Of a stretch of 64,000 bases of DNA, positions 10,972 through 21,215 are shown one piece after another (within the stretch, counting starts at the first letter, position 1; each line of letters opens with the position of its first letter). The translations under genes and the position numbers were made by a program. Source of the stretch: an uncultured Gemmatimonadales bacterium. Its GTDB lineage: Bacteria > Gemmatimonadota > Gemmatimonadetes > Gemmatimonadales > Gemmatimonadaceae. The stretch is from contig CAWKMU010000003.1 of assembly GCA_963850905.1 (NCBI GenBank), positions 3,589,248 to 3,653,247 of the forward strand. The letters run 5' to 3'. Under the pieces are notes generated by a model, which saw nothing but the letters and a program-made list of their open reading frames with translations, was not told where the DNA came from and made no database searches.

Positions 10972-13348
10972 ATGGCACAGACGAAGGTAACAGCCCCGGC
11001 GAGCCGCCCATCGTACGGCGCGGCCGCAATCGCGGCGCTGCTCGTGTTTCTGCTCTACGTCGTCACGCTCGCTCCGTCCACGGCAATGTGGGACACGAGC
11101 GAATACATCGCGGCTGCCTACGTGCTGGGCATTCCACACCCGCCCGGCAACCCGTTCTTCGTGCTGCTTGGGCACGTCATGAGCCTGCTGCCCGGTGGCC
11201 AGCGTCGCGCAGCGCATCAATCTGATGGCCGCCGCGTGCAGCGCTGTCTCCGCGGGCATGTGGTTCCTCATCACGGAGCGTGTGCTCGAGGGCTGGCTGC
11301 CAAGTCGCTGGCAGCGGCTGGTCGGCGCGTCGATCGCCGTGCTGGTCGGCGCCACCGCGTTCACGGTGTGGAACCAGTCGGTCGTGAATGAGAAGGTGTA
11401 TACGGTCTCGCTGCTGTTCTTTGCGGTCGTGGCGTGGCTCACCGTGATGTGGTGCGACGACCCGGACGGGCCCAAGGCCGACCACATACTGATTCTCATC
11501 GCGTATCTCGTCGGACTGGGCTACGCGAACCACCCGGCCGGCTTCCTCATCGCGCCCGCGGCTGCGGTCGCCATCCTCGCTCGGCGCTGGCACACCGTGC
11601 TCCGGTGGCGGCTCATGCTGGCGTGTCTGGGCGCCCTCATCATCGGACTCACGCCGTTCTTATACGAGCCAATTCGGGCGGCGCACTTTCCGCCGCTCAA
11701 CGAGGGAGAGCCCACCGCGTGCACGACGACGTTCAAGGTGTCATGCACGCTCGACAAGGTCACCTACGACCGGTTGATGGACAACATCAACCGGGTGCAG
11801 TACGGCAAGCCGGATGTCTCCGACCGACAGGCGCCGTTCTCGGCGCAGATCGGGATGTACTGGCTGTACTTCAAGTGGCAGTGGTTCCGCGACGTGCACG
11901 AACAGCATCCCGGCCTGCAGAACATGATGGCGGCGATCTTCTTGATCCTCGGTCTGTTCGGAGGCTACGCCCATTGGCGATACGATAGACGAAGTTTCTG
12001 GTTCTTCGGACCGCTGATATTCACGGTCACGATCGCGCTGATCGTCTACCTCAACTTCAAGTACGGGTACTCGGAATCACCCGAGCTGGGTGAAACGGTC
12101 GCTCGCGAGGTCCGCGATCGCGACTATTTCTACCTGTGGAGCTTCTCGGCCTGGAGCGTGTGGGTCGCGCTGGGCTTCGTCTTCCTCTGGGAATCGGTCG
12201 CGGCCGTGTTCGGCACGGAGAATGGTGGGTCCGGCTCGCTCGGCCACGGAGCAGCCGACGAAGCGCTCCTGGCTGCTGGCCTCTCCATTGCTCGCGTTCG
12301 TGTTCATCCCGCTCTTCGTGAATTGGAAGTCCGCCTCGCGCGCGGGGCAAACGGACACGCGCGACTTCGCAGCCGATTTACTCAACTCCGTGGAGCCGTA
12401 CGGCGTGCTCGTCACGGTGGGTGATAACGACACCTTCCCCCTGTGGTACGCTCAAGAGGTGGAAGGAATACGCAAGGACGTCGTCGTCGCGAATACGTCG
12501 CTGCTCAATACCGATTGGTATACGCGCCAGATGCTGCGACGGCCGATCTTTCCATACGACTCGCTGGCCGGGTCCGTCCGTGTATCGTGGCCACGTGTGG
12601 AAGCGACCGACGACGCCGGTCATGAACATGACGATGGCCCAGGCAGACGCCGTCCCGCTGGCGGTCGAGGTGCCGGGCCCCCAAACGGTCCGCAAGCCGG
12701 GCACTGACTTCGTCGCAGTCATTGATCCGAAGAACTTGCCGCACCAGTTCCTGGAACGGGCCGACATCTTCGTGCTGCACCTCATCGTCGACAATCCGGA
12801 GCGTCCGGTGTATCTCAGCGCGACCTCCGGGAATTACGGCGCGCAGCTGGGGTTCTCGAACTTTCTCCTGACCCAGGGTCTGGCGCGCAAGGTCCTGCCA
12901 ACCGCCCCTCAGGCGACGAAAGACACGGTCAACATCCCGGGCGAGGGCTGGATGGACGTCCAGCGGTCACTCGCGCTGTGGAAGGAATTCAAGGCGCCGC
13001 ACTCGCTGATCCGGCGCGGCGATTGGGTCGACCGGCCGTCTGTGAACATTCCGGCCCTCTATGTCATGAGTGGGTATTTCCTGGCCGAGGGACTGGCGCA
13101 CGACGGGGATCGCGCGCAGGGCGACTCAGTGCTGCGCACGGCGAGTGAAGTCGCCGGAGCGGCGCATCTCGATCGAGATGTTCGGTCCGCGTCTCCCGCC
13201 CGCACAACCGCAACCGGTCCTCCCGCTACCGGAGAGCGGCGACAAGCCGCAGGCGGCGCCAGTTCCCGGGTCGGCTCCCGGTCCACCGGCGCGAAATCCG
13301 CAGCGTCAGCCGGCCAGCGCGCCCGCCCCGGCGCCAGCACCCAAGTAG
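10972..13348 (+). CDS. DUF2723 / TMEM260-like GT-C membrane glycosyltransferase (about 4 apparent frameshifts)
   Basis: TLAPSTAMWDTSEYIAAAYVLGIPHPPGNPFF, EVRDRDYFY, GDNDTFPLWYAQEVEGIRKDV and SLLNTDWY are spread over ORFs 10972, 11195, 12090, 12421 and 13070. Confidence 0.85.
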
Positions 13349-13354
13349 CGGCGC

Positions 13355-13936
13355 GTGCCCGAAGGGCCTGAGGTCGACACGGACAAGCTTCGTGAGCAGA
13401 TCGACGAGGAGATCGAGCGGTCTGGCGGTCGGCTCGTGCGAGTCATCGCACTGTCCACGGCACTCCTGGCCGCATGCGCGGCGATCGCGTCGCTGGAGGC
13501 GGGTGCGACCGTCAACGAGGCCCTGGTTCTGAAAACGGAGGCGACGCAGCTCCAGGCGCGCGCTTCGGATCAGTGGACGTACTACCAGGCGAAGGGCATC
13601 AAGGGCGCGATCTCCGCTGCAACGGTCGCCGCCTGGCATGCCGCCGGCAAGACGGCGCCGGCAGCGGACAGCGCGGCCGTCAGCAAATACGCTGCCGACC
13701 AAAAAGCCATTGCCGACTCCGCGCGCGAGATGGAACACGAACGGGACGCGCGGTCCGCCGAGGCAGACCTGCTCCTGCATCGCCACCATGGATTCGCCTA
13801 CGCTGTCGCGTTCTTTCAGATCGCCATTGCGCTCGGTGCGGTCTCCGCGCTCACGAGATCGCGTCCGGTGCTCGGGGCGTCCCTGATCGCCGGAGTCCTC
13901 GGGCTGGGATTCTTCATCGCTCACCTACGAGGCTGA
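13355..13936 (+). CDS. DUF4337-family membrane protein
   Basis: N-terminal TM helix, ASDQWTYYQAKGIK, and HHGFAYAVAFFQIAIAL. Confidence 0.8.
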   Translation: MPEGPEVDTDKLREQIDEEIERSGGRLVRVIALSTALLAACAAIASLEAGATVNEALVLKTEATQLQARASDQWTYYQAKGIKGAISAATVAAWHAAGKTAPAADSAAVSKYAADQKAIADSAREMEHERDARSAEADLLLHRHHGFAYAVAFFQIAIALGAVSALTRSRPVLGASLIAGVLGLGFFIAHLRG

Positions 13937-13942
13937 ACCCGT

Positions 13943-14161
13943 ATGCCACAGCACCAAGGGTCGAACCATCACCGCGACGCTGCGGCGCATTACGAGCACG
14001 CCGCGCGCCATCACCGCGAGGCCGCCAAGTACCACGACGCCGGGAACGCGGAGAAAGCGGCATACCACGCGTACGTCGCGTTCGCGCATCATGCCCTGGC
14101 CGCCCACGAGGCCGAGGAAGCCGTCAAGCACTACGCCAGCGCGCACGCCCCGGAGTTCTGA
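13943..14161 (+). CDS. Small His/Ala-rich helical protein, putative metal-binding
   Basis: 72 aa with periodic His (HHRDAAAHYEHAARHHREAAKYHDAG..EKAAYHAY..HH). ATG 7 nt after the DUF4337 stop. Confidence 0.75.
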   Translation: MPQHQGSNHHRDAAAHYEHAARHHREAAKYHDAGNAEKAAYHAYVAFAHHALAAHEAEEAVKHYASAHAPEF

Positions 14162-14163
14162 CC

Positions 14164-15708
14164 CTACGGCGCCGGCGCCGTGTAGACCAACGACCACGTC
14201 CCCGTCGACTGACCCAGGTTGATGAGCGCGTGGGCGTACAGCTGCTCCGCGTCGTAGGACGCGACGTAGACGTCGTTCGCCGTTTGCTCGGCCGTCAGCA
14301 CCTCGAGTAGCGACGCTGAGCCATGCTGATAGCTGTAGAGCTTGGCCCGCCGCACGCGCTCGGCGTCGAGCAGCACGCTGCCCGTGTACTGCGCGAGCTG
14401 GACGATGGCCGCTTGATATGCCGACCACGCCTGTCGGACATCGATGACCGCTTTCCACTCGGTCGACTGTTCCGTCTTCTGCGCCTGCTTGGCCGTATAC
14501 TGGGCCGCCCTCAGCTCGCCGTGCGAGAGGTTCGAGAGCGGAATCGGGAATGAGACGCCGACATTGACCGAGGAGAACTTGGGAGTCGGGTCGATCGCGT
14601 TCGTCCCCTGTGTGTAGTAGGAGGTGCCGGCGGTGAGGTCGATGTCCGACCACCGGTCGCCGTGCGCCACCTGGACCCCCGCGTTCGCAGCGTCCAACAG
14701 GCGACGTGCCGCGATGACATCTGGACGCGAAGAGACAGCGACGCGCGTCAGGCTGTCGAGATTGGGCCCACCCTGCTGCAGCACCGCCTGCGCGGGCGGT
14801 CCCGCTGGCTGACCGATCGCCGCCGCCGGACCGCGTAGGCCGCCCGGTAGCGTGTCGGCGGCTGCACCCGCTGCCAGAGCCGCCTGCGCCGCCGCCGGCG
14901 TGATGGGTGCGTCTGGCGCGATCCCCGTGAGTCGGACCAGATCACCGGACGCCGCTGGGGCGACCAGCGTGTCGGTGGGCCGGGGGCTCAAGAGCCCCGT
15001 GAGTGTGAGCCGCGCGGTGTGCACATCGTTCGCCGCAGAGACCAGCTCCCCATGGAACTGCGCGGCGTCAACACGCGACTGCGCGAGATCGATCTCGCCA
15101 ATGTCACCCGCTTTGACCCGGCGCTCGTTGAGTGTCACCAGCCGATCCAGATCCGCCGCCGTCTGGCGTTTGCGCTCATACACCTGCTCGGCGTGCACCG
15201 CATCGACGTATGCCGTGGCCGCCGAGCCGCGCAACGTCCGCAGAAAGTCATCGAGTTGGGCGCGTGCGGCCGCGAGCTGCTCGCTGGCCACACGCGTGCG
15301 CGCGTGCAGCTTGCCGCCCACGAGAATAGTCTGCGTGAGCGAGACGGCGAACGACGACGCCTGGTGCGCCCCCGACACGTCGAAGGCGCCACCCCAGTCG
15401 AGTGTCGGGTTCGGGAAGAGTTTGGCGACGGAAACCTGCGCGTCCGCGATCGGGACGCTGAAGGCCTGCGCTGCGTAGTCGAGGTTCCGACGGCCGACTT
15501 GCGCAATGAATTCGGCCACGCTCAGTCGGATAACCGGCTCCGATCCGCTCAGCACGACCGCGGGCTTCGGCAGTGTAGAGCTGTCCGGCGCCGCTGGAGC
15601 CTTGGGTGCCGGCGGCTGGGCGTGAGCCATCGCAGCCACAGTGAGGACCATCGCGGCGGTCACGCGCGCACCCAGGATCGCGGACTGGCCTTTGGCGACG
15701 CGTTTCAT
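14164..15708 (-). CDS. TolC/CzcC-family outer membrane efflux protein
   Basis: Start MKRVAK overlaps the czcA stop (ATGA). Signal peptide, FPNPTL, RVKAGDIGEIDL, RPDVIAA and YQHGSASLLEVL. Confidence 0.88.
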   Translation of the reverse strand: MKRVAKGQSAILGARVTAAMVLTVAAMAHAQPPAPKAPAAPDSSTLPKPAVVLSGSEPVIRLSVAEFIAQVGRRNLDYAAQAFSVPIADAQVSVAKLFPNPTLDWGGAFDVSGAHQASSFAVSLTQTILVGGKLHARTRVASEQLAAARAQLDDFLRTLRGSAATAYVDAVHAEQVYERKRQTAADLDRLVTLNERRVKAGDIGEIDLAQSRVDAAQFHGELVSAANDVHTARLTLTGLLSPRPTDTLVAPAASGDLVRLTGIAPDAPITPAAAQAALAAGAAADTLPGGLRGPAAAIGQPAGPPAQAVLQQGGPNLDSLTRVAVSSRPDVIAARRLLDAANAGVQVAHGDRWSDIDLTAGTSYYTQGTNAIDPTPKFSSVNVGVSFPIPLSNLSHGELRAAQYTAKQAQKTEQSTEWKAVIDVRQAWSAYQAAIVQLAQYTGSVLLDAERVRRAKLYSYQHGSASLLEVLTAEQTANDVYVASYDAEQLYAHALINLGQSTGTWSLVYTAPAP

Positions 15709-18700
15709 TCGACTGCTGCCTTCCGACGGTTGGCGCGCCGCGTCTCGAGCGCGACGTACAACGCTGGCAAGACGATGAGGGTCAGCAACGTCGCGGTGAT
15801 CAGGCCCCCGACGATAACCGTTGCCAGCGGACGCTGGACGTCGCTCCCGACCCCGCGGGCGAGCGCAGCGGGCATGAGACCGAGCGTGGCGACGCTGGCG
15901 GTCATGAGCACCGGGCGCAGTCGCTCCTCCGCCCCCTCGATGACGGCGTCCGCGAGCCACACGCCCGTGATCGACCGCCACCGGTTGAGGTTCGCGACCA
16001 TGATCACGCCGTTCTGGACGGCGACGCCAAACAGCGCGATGAACCCGACGGCGCTCGACACGTTGAGCGTCATGCCGCGCAAGTGCAGCGCGATGACGCC
16101 GCCCAGGAGCGCGAGTGGGACGTTGAGCAGAATGATCCCGGCATGGGCCAGGTCACCGAACTGTGCGTACAACAGGACGAAGATCAATGCGAGCGCAGCG
16201 GGGACGATCACCATCAACCGCGCCTGCGCGCGCTGCTGGTTCTCGAACTGGCCACCCCATTCGATCGAGTAGCGCTGGTGATCATACGGGACCTCGCGCT
16301 CGATCCGGCTCTTGGCCTCGTCGATGAAGGTCGACAGGTCGCGGCCTCGAAGGTCGAGTTTGACGGTGACGTGGCGACGACCCATTTCGTGCGTGATCGT
16401 GCTCTCCCCCGAGCCCTGGCGAATCGTCGCGACCTGCGACAGTGGAATGCGGACCCCGCCTGCGCTCACCAGCTGCAGATCGCCGATCGCTGTCGGGCTG
16501 TTGCGCGAGTAGTCGGCGAACCGCACCGTGACATCGTACCGGCGGGCGCCAAGGAACACCTGGGAGAGCGCCTGGCCACCAATCGCCGTCTGGATCAGAT
16601 CGGCAATGTCGGAGACATTGATGCCGTAACGCGCGGCAGCTGCGCGGTCGACGACGATCTGGAGTTGCGGAAGCGGCGGCTCTTGATCGATCGAGGGATC
16701 GGCGGCGCCAGGAATCTTCGCCAGCAGGTCCTGCACCTGTTCGGCTATCCGTCGCGTCTCGTGGAAGTCGTCGCCGAGCACCCGAACCACCAGCTCGCTG
16801 TGCGCGCCGGCGATCATGTCCTCGACGCCGTCGATCATCGGTTGTGAGAAGCTGACGTTGAAGCCCGGCATCTCGATGGAAGCGGGCGTCCATCCGGTCG
16901 GATGAGCGCCTGTTTGTCGCCGCCCCACTCGCTGTAGGGTTTGAGCCCGACCGCCGCCTCGATGTGCGACGGAGTCCAGGGATCGGTGCCGTCCTCGTTG
17001 CGGCCGAGCTGCGTGACGACGAACGCGACCTCCGGGAATGTCCGCACCACGCCACGGAGCTGCGCAGCCATCTCGCTCCCCTTTGCCAACGAGATCCCTG
17101 GCGGCATTTCGACCTGGAGCCAGATCGACCCCTCGTCCAGGTACGGGAGGAAGTCGCGCCCCAACACCGCAAAGAGCACGATCGCGAGCACGGCAGCCGC
17201 TGCCCCTGGGATGATCGCCTCGCGCGGGCGGTGCACGACGATTTCGAGCAGTTGGTGGTAGGACTGGGTGATGCGCTCGAGCACCCGGTTCCGATACACC
17301 TTCCCCGGCTTGCGATACAGGGCGAACGCCAGCGCGGGCATGAGCGACATGCGAGGTGAGCAGCGCGCCGACGAGTGCGTATCCGACCGTGAACGCCATC
17401 GGGGTGAACAGCTTGCGCTCGACCCGTTGAAACGCGAACAGCGGGAGATAGCCCAGGATGATGATCGTGGTGGCGAAGAAGATGGGGCGCGCGACTTGCA
17501 GCGCCGCCGTGCGCGCCTCGACCTCCGTCATCTCCGAGTCGGGATGTGACTCGTGGCGACGCAGGATCGTTTCGACCATCACGACCGACCCGTCCACGAT
17601 GATGCCAAAGTCGATGGCGCCGAGCGACAATAGATTCGCCGGGATGTTCGTGAAGTGCATGCACACGAACGCGAACAGCAGCGACAGCGGGATCGTGAGC
17701 GCGATGAGCAGCGCACCGCGGACGCTGCCCACAAACAGCAGGACGACGATCGTGACGAGCGCGAGGCCCTCGAGGAGCGTGCGGCGGATCGTGTGAATCG
17801 TGGTGTTGATGAGTGTCGTACGGTCGAGATACGGGACGACCTTGACATCCGGAGGGAGGAGGCCACTGCCGTTCAATTGATCGACCTTCGCGTGGATCGC
17901 TGCCAGCACAGGCGACGGGTTCGATCCGCGCAGCAGGAGGACGATCCCCGTGACGACATCGGAGGCCGAGTCCATCCCGACCATCCCCTCCCGCTGAAGC
18001 GCACCGAGATGGATCAGTCCCAGGTCCTTGAGGAAGATCGGCACCCCGCTCTTCTGCGTGACCACGACGTTGCCGAGGTCATCGAGCGATGTGAGCAGCC
18101 CGATGCCACGGACCACGACGCCCTGCTCGCCCGTGACCAGAATGCTGCCGCCGGCATTGGCGTTGTTGTTCGTGATCGCAGCCTCGACGTCGCGAAGCGC
18201 GAGTCCGTACTTGGCGAGCGCGGCGGGATCGACGACGAGCTGAAACGAAACCGTCTCGCCGCCAAAGAGCGTGACATCCGCGACGCCGGCGATCTGCTTC
18301 AGCGCAGGATAGACCACCCAGTCCTGCAGGTCCTTCAACTCACGCGGGCCCCGCTGCGTTGACTGCAGGGTGTACCGGTAGATCTCGCCGATCGGTGAGC
18401 TGATGGGATCGAGCCCCGGGGTGACGCCGGGCGGCAGCGTGACGTTCTGGATGCGCTCGTTGATGCGCTGCCGGGCCCAGTAGTCGTCGGTCCCGTCCTT
18501 GAACACCAGGGTGATGAGCGACAGGGCGTACGTGGTTCGAGACCGCATGACGACGAGGCCCGGCGTCCCCGCGAGCTCGCGCTCGAGCGGCATCGTGACC
18601 TGCTGCTCCATCTCCTCGGCCGCGTGTCCCGGATACTGCGATACGACCTGCGCAGTGGTATCCGCGATATCCGGATACGCCTCGAGCGCGAGCTGGAACC

Positions 18701-18791
18701 ACGAGTAGATGCCCGTTCCCGCGATCAAGGCAAAGATGACGACCATGAGCCAGCGCCGGTCGAGGCACCAGCTGACGACGTAGTCGATCAT
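15705..18791 (-). CDS. CzcA/CusA-family heavy-metal RND transporter (compensating frameshifts ~17350 and ~16890)
   Basis: EAYPDI, AAEEMEQQVT, ANLLSLGAIDFGIIVDG, GFIALFGVAVQNG and RLRPVLMTA. The missing middle segment (DFLPYLDEGSIW) is in ORF 16835..17350. Confidence 0.93.
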   Translation of the reverse strand: MIDYVVSWCLDRRWLMVVIFALIAGTGIYSWFQLALEAYPDIADTTAQVVSQYPGHAAEEMEQQVTMPLERELAGTPGLVVMRSRTTYALSLITLVFKDGTDDYWARQRINERIQNVTLPPGVTPGLDPISSPIGEIYRYTLQSTQRGPRELKDLQDWVVYPALKQIAGVADVTLFGGETVSFQLVVDPAALAKYGLALRDVEAAITNNNANAGGSILVTGEQGVVVRGIGLLTSLDDLGNVVVTQKSGVPIFLKDLGLIHLGALQREGMVGMDSASDVVTGIVLLLRGSNPSPVLAAIHAKVDQLNGSGLLPPDVKVVPYLDRTTLINTTIHTIRRTLLEGLALVTIVVLLFVGSVRGALLIALTIPLSLLFAFVCMHFTNIPANLLSLGAIDFGIIVDGSVVMVETILRRHESHPDSEMTEVEARTAALQVARPIFFATTIIILGYLPLFAFQRVERKLFTPMAFTVGYALVGALLTSHVAHARAGVRPVSQAGEGVSEPGARAHHPVLPPTARNRRAPPARGDHPRGSGCRARDRALCGVGARLPPVPGRGVDLAPGRNAARDLVGKGERDGCAAPWRGADIPGGRVRRHAARPQRGRHRSLDSVAHRGGGRAQTLQRVGRRQTGAHPTGWTPASIEMPGFNVSFSQPMIDGVEDMIAGAHSELVVRVLGDDFHETRRIAEQVQDLLAKIPGAADPSIDQEPPLPQLQIVVDRAAAARYGINVSDIADLIQTAIGGQALSQVFLGARRYDVTVRFADYSRNSPTAIGDLQLVSAGGVRIPLSQVATIRQGSGESTITHEMGRRHVTVKLDLRGRDLSTFIDEAKSRIEREVPYDHQRYSIEWGGQFENQQRAQARLMVIVPAALALIFVLLYAQFGDLAHAGIILLNVPLALLGGVIALHLRGMTLNVSSAVGFIALFGVAVQNGVIMVANLNRWRSITGVWLADAVIEGAEERLRPVLMTASVATLGLMPAALARGVGSDVQRPLATVIVGGLITATLLTLIVLPALYVALETRRANRRKAAVE

Positions 18792-19945
18792 TGCAGGAGG
18801 ACCACCTGGTGCGTCACGATGCGCTGCCCGCCTGACAGGCCCTCACGCACGACCGCGCGTCCGTTTGTGAGCTCCCCGATGACGACCGCGCGACGCTCCA
18901 GCGTCCACGGTTTCGTCTCGACGAACACGTAATTGGAGTCGCGGACCTGGAGCAGTGATGTCGCCGGCACGACGACAGTGGGCACTGGCCGCCCGGAAAA
19001 GGTGACCGTGCCGTACATCCCGGGCTTGAGCCGGTCACCGGGGTTTCGGAACGTGATGCGCACCTGGGTCATCCGCGTCCCGGTATCGACGACCGCACCG
19101 ACCTGCGCGACGGTCCCGCGAAGCGTGTCGGTGGGATACGCCGCGAGCACGGCATTGGCACGATCACCGACACGGACAGCGTGCACATCCTTTTCCGACA
19201 CATTCGCGCTGAGCCACACCGTCGCAAGATCCGCGACCGTCATGACCGGAACGGTCGGGTCATTGTGGAACTGGCCGACGCCCACCGACAGGTCGGTGAC
19301 GCGGCCCGCAATCGGCGATCGAATGATCAGCGCTTGATCCGTGCGGGCGGTGCCCGTGTCGATGCCCAGCAGGGTGAGGTGGGCGACCGCGCGATGTAGA
19401 TCGCCGTCCGCCTGTGCGTAATCCGTCTCCGCCTGCTCGACGTCGCGCGTCGCCGCGATGCCGTAGCTCGCGAGGTCCCGCTCACGCGCCAGATTGTTCT
19501 TGGCCTGTCGGTACGCGGCCGCCGCGTGCGCGAGATCCGCTTGCGCGGACGTAAAATCCGGCGCGTCCAGCGTGATCAGCGGGTCGCCGCGATGCACCTC
19601 GTCGCCCGGCTGGGCGTGCACCGCCACAACTCGGCCCGTCATCGGGGGAAAGAGCCGCACGGTGCGGTCCGGCACCGTCTCGACCGACGCCGTCGCCGTG
19701 ATCGTGCTGCTGATCGGCAACGTGCGCGTCGTGTCGAACGTGAGCTCCGAGCGCAACGCAGACCCTTCCGGGATCGTGACCTGGCCGTTGCTCCCAGTCA
19801 CCATCGCCGGCACGGCCGGCGCCGGGGCGGAGCCGCGGCACCCGGCGACCGCCCCGATGGCCAGGACCAGACTCGCGACGCTCGTCGCGCGGGCCGCGAA
19901 TGACCCACGCCGCCGGGGCTCACCGTCACTCGATTGCCTCTGCAT
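18788..19945 (-). CDS. RND efflux periplasmic adaptor (CzcB-like), probable lipoprotein
   Basis: VAGC lipobox, GDEVHRGDPL, RSPIAGRV, ADLATVW and LKPGMYG. Start assigned to MQRQSS (uncertain). Confidence 0.88.
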   Translation of the reverse strand: MQRQSSDGEPRRRGSFAARATSVASLVLAIGAVAGCRGSAPAPAVPAMVTGSNGQVTIPEGSALRSELTFDTTRTLPISSTITATASVETVPDRTVRLFPPMTGRVVAVHAQPGDEVHRGDPLITLDAPDFTSAQADLAHAAAAYRQAKNNLARERDLASYGIAATRDVEQAETDYAQADGDLHRAVAHLTLLGIDTGTARTDQALIIRSPIAGRVTDLSVGVGQFHNDPTVPVMTVADLATVWLSANVSEKDVHAVRVGDRANAVLAAYPTDTLRGTVAQVGAVVDTGTRMTQVRITFRNPGDRLKPGMYGTVTFSGRPVPTVVVPATSLLQVRDSNYVFVETKPWTLERRAVVIGELTNGRAVVREGLSGGQRIVTHQVVLLQ

Positions 19946-20047
19946 GGTGCCCCTCCCTGTCTTGCTTGACCCCTGACCCCTGACCCCGCCGCTCAGCCAC
20001 ACACTGATGCGCCGACGCACTCGGACTCGCTCCCGGGGGGATAAACT

Positions 20048-20110
20048 ATACCCACCTACCCTATTCCGGACTGCGCCACCAGAATAGCGTACCTAGGTAT
20101 CCACTGTCAA
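20048..20110 (-). promoter_or_regulatory. Promoter of the efflux operon with two CsoR/RcnR-type operators
   Basis: Minus strand TTGACA (20110-20105), 18 nt, TATTCT (20086-20081). 17-bp sites ATACCCACCTACCCTAT (20048-20064) and ATAGCGTACCTAGGTAT (20084-20100) are inverted relative to each other and 13/17 identical. Confidence 0.7.
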
Positions 20111-20194
20111 CGTCCGCTACAATGCCCCGAGTGTACCAACCACGTATCAGCCTGGATACCCGACCAGGCGGCTGGGATCCTGGTACTGGCGCGA

Positions 20195-20217
20195 CTACCC
20201 TGGGGGGCTATAGTATA
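20195..20217 (+). promoter_or_regulatory. RcnR/FrmR-type G-tract operator upstream of the repressor gene
   Basis: CTACCCTGGGGGGCTATAGTAT: a G6 tract with TAC/TAT flanks, overlapping a -10-like TATAGT/TAGTAT. Confidence 0.65.
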
Positions 20218-20363
20218 CGCTCTCTCGACGAGTGTGGTGCCCGGCGCGCCCGGCTGGACGGCCGCGGACCATGGAGCAGACCCGAGCGGTGAGGGATCGG
20301 CCAGTGACCCATCTGAAAGGATTGACCTCGAGCGGGCCCGGCGTGGAGCCGGCGGGTCGCGGT

Positions 20364-20642
20364 GTGCGGCACACCGTGCGAGAGAAGCAGAAGCTCGTCA
20401 ATCGGGTCAAGCGCATCCGCGGCCAGGTGGCGGCGGTCGAGGAGCTCCTGGAGGGCGAGGCCGACTGTGAGCGCGCCATTCATACGCTCGCGGCATGTCG
20501 CGGGGCGATCAGCTCCCTCATGGCTGAGATCCTGGAAGACCACATCCGGTACCATGTCATCGACCCTGCATCCGACCGCGATTCGCACGAGCGTCAGGCC
20601 GCCGAACAGCTCGTCGATATCGTGAAGAGCTATCTGAAGTAA
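20364..20642 (+). CDS. CsoR/RcnR/FrmR-family metal-sensing repressor (RcnR/DmeR-like)
   Basis: MRHTVREKQKLVNRVKRIRGQV..C..AACRGAISSLMAEILEDHIRYH..VKSYLK matches the RcnR pattern (His3, Cys35, His60, His64). Start assigned to GTG 20364. Confidence 0.88.
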   Translation: MRHTVREKQKLVNRVKRIRGQVAAVEELLEGEADCERAIHTLAACRGAISSLMAEILEDHIRYHVIDPASDRDSHERQAAEQLVDIVKSYLK

Positions 20643-20727
20643 CCGTTTCGCGGGGCCTTCTCCGCGGGCCTGCCCACGGACCGGTAGGGGCGACGCATTG
20701 CGTCGCCCTCTTTGCCACGCAGAGAAC

Positions 20728-21210
20728 TCAGACGTGCGGATTGCCCTCCGCGCGCCGAAGCGGCGCGGTCACCACGAGACCGGTGAGGAGACCAAGGGCG
20801 ATCGCCGTCGTGGTGATCACCACCACGCCGAAGTCCGCGGCCAGCTGAAGCGTGGGCTGCGTGAGCGCCGAACCCTTGAGCGTCGCAAGGGCGACCACAT
20901 TTTCGATCAGATCGAACAAGGCGACAGCCGCGCCGAGTGGCAGGACACCCGTGACCAGTGCGATCATTGACAGGCTGGGCTGCCGGCGGACCACGATGGC
21001 GGCAACGACGACGCACGACGCGGCGGCCGCGGCTACCGCGACCGCAAGGCTGACACCGCTCCCGATCAGCAGATCGCGCACGAGCCTGGCGGCAAAGCCG
21101 CAGATAAAGCTTGGAGCGAGCGCCTTTGGAAGGGTCGTGAGCCCGACGCCGAGGGCGGCAGCGAACACCCCTGCCCAGATGCTGTCCGGCAGCACGCTGC
21201 GAATGTCCAT
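20728..21210 (-). CDS. ThrE-family exporter small subunit (YjjB-like)
   Basis: Hydrophobic 160 aa protein with GVLPLGAA and a final TTAIALGL helix. Directly follows the YjjP-like gene. Confidence 0.65.
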   Translation of the reverse strand: MDIRSVLPDSIWAGVFAAALGVGLTTLPKALAPSFICGFAARLVRDLLIGSGVSLAVAVAAAAASCVVVAAIVVRRQPSLSMIALVTGVLPLGAAVALFDLIENVVALATLKGSALTQPTLQLAADFGVVVITTTAIALGLLTGLVVTAPLRRAEGNPHV

Positions 21211-21215
21211 ACTGG

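Noticed and set aside
19964..19987. TGACCCC heptamer repeat (and CTCCTTTCT repeats at ~10885-10915)
   Set aside because: Only 2-3 copies of short intergenic repeats, with no supportable function.
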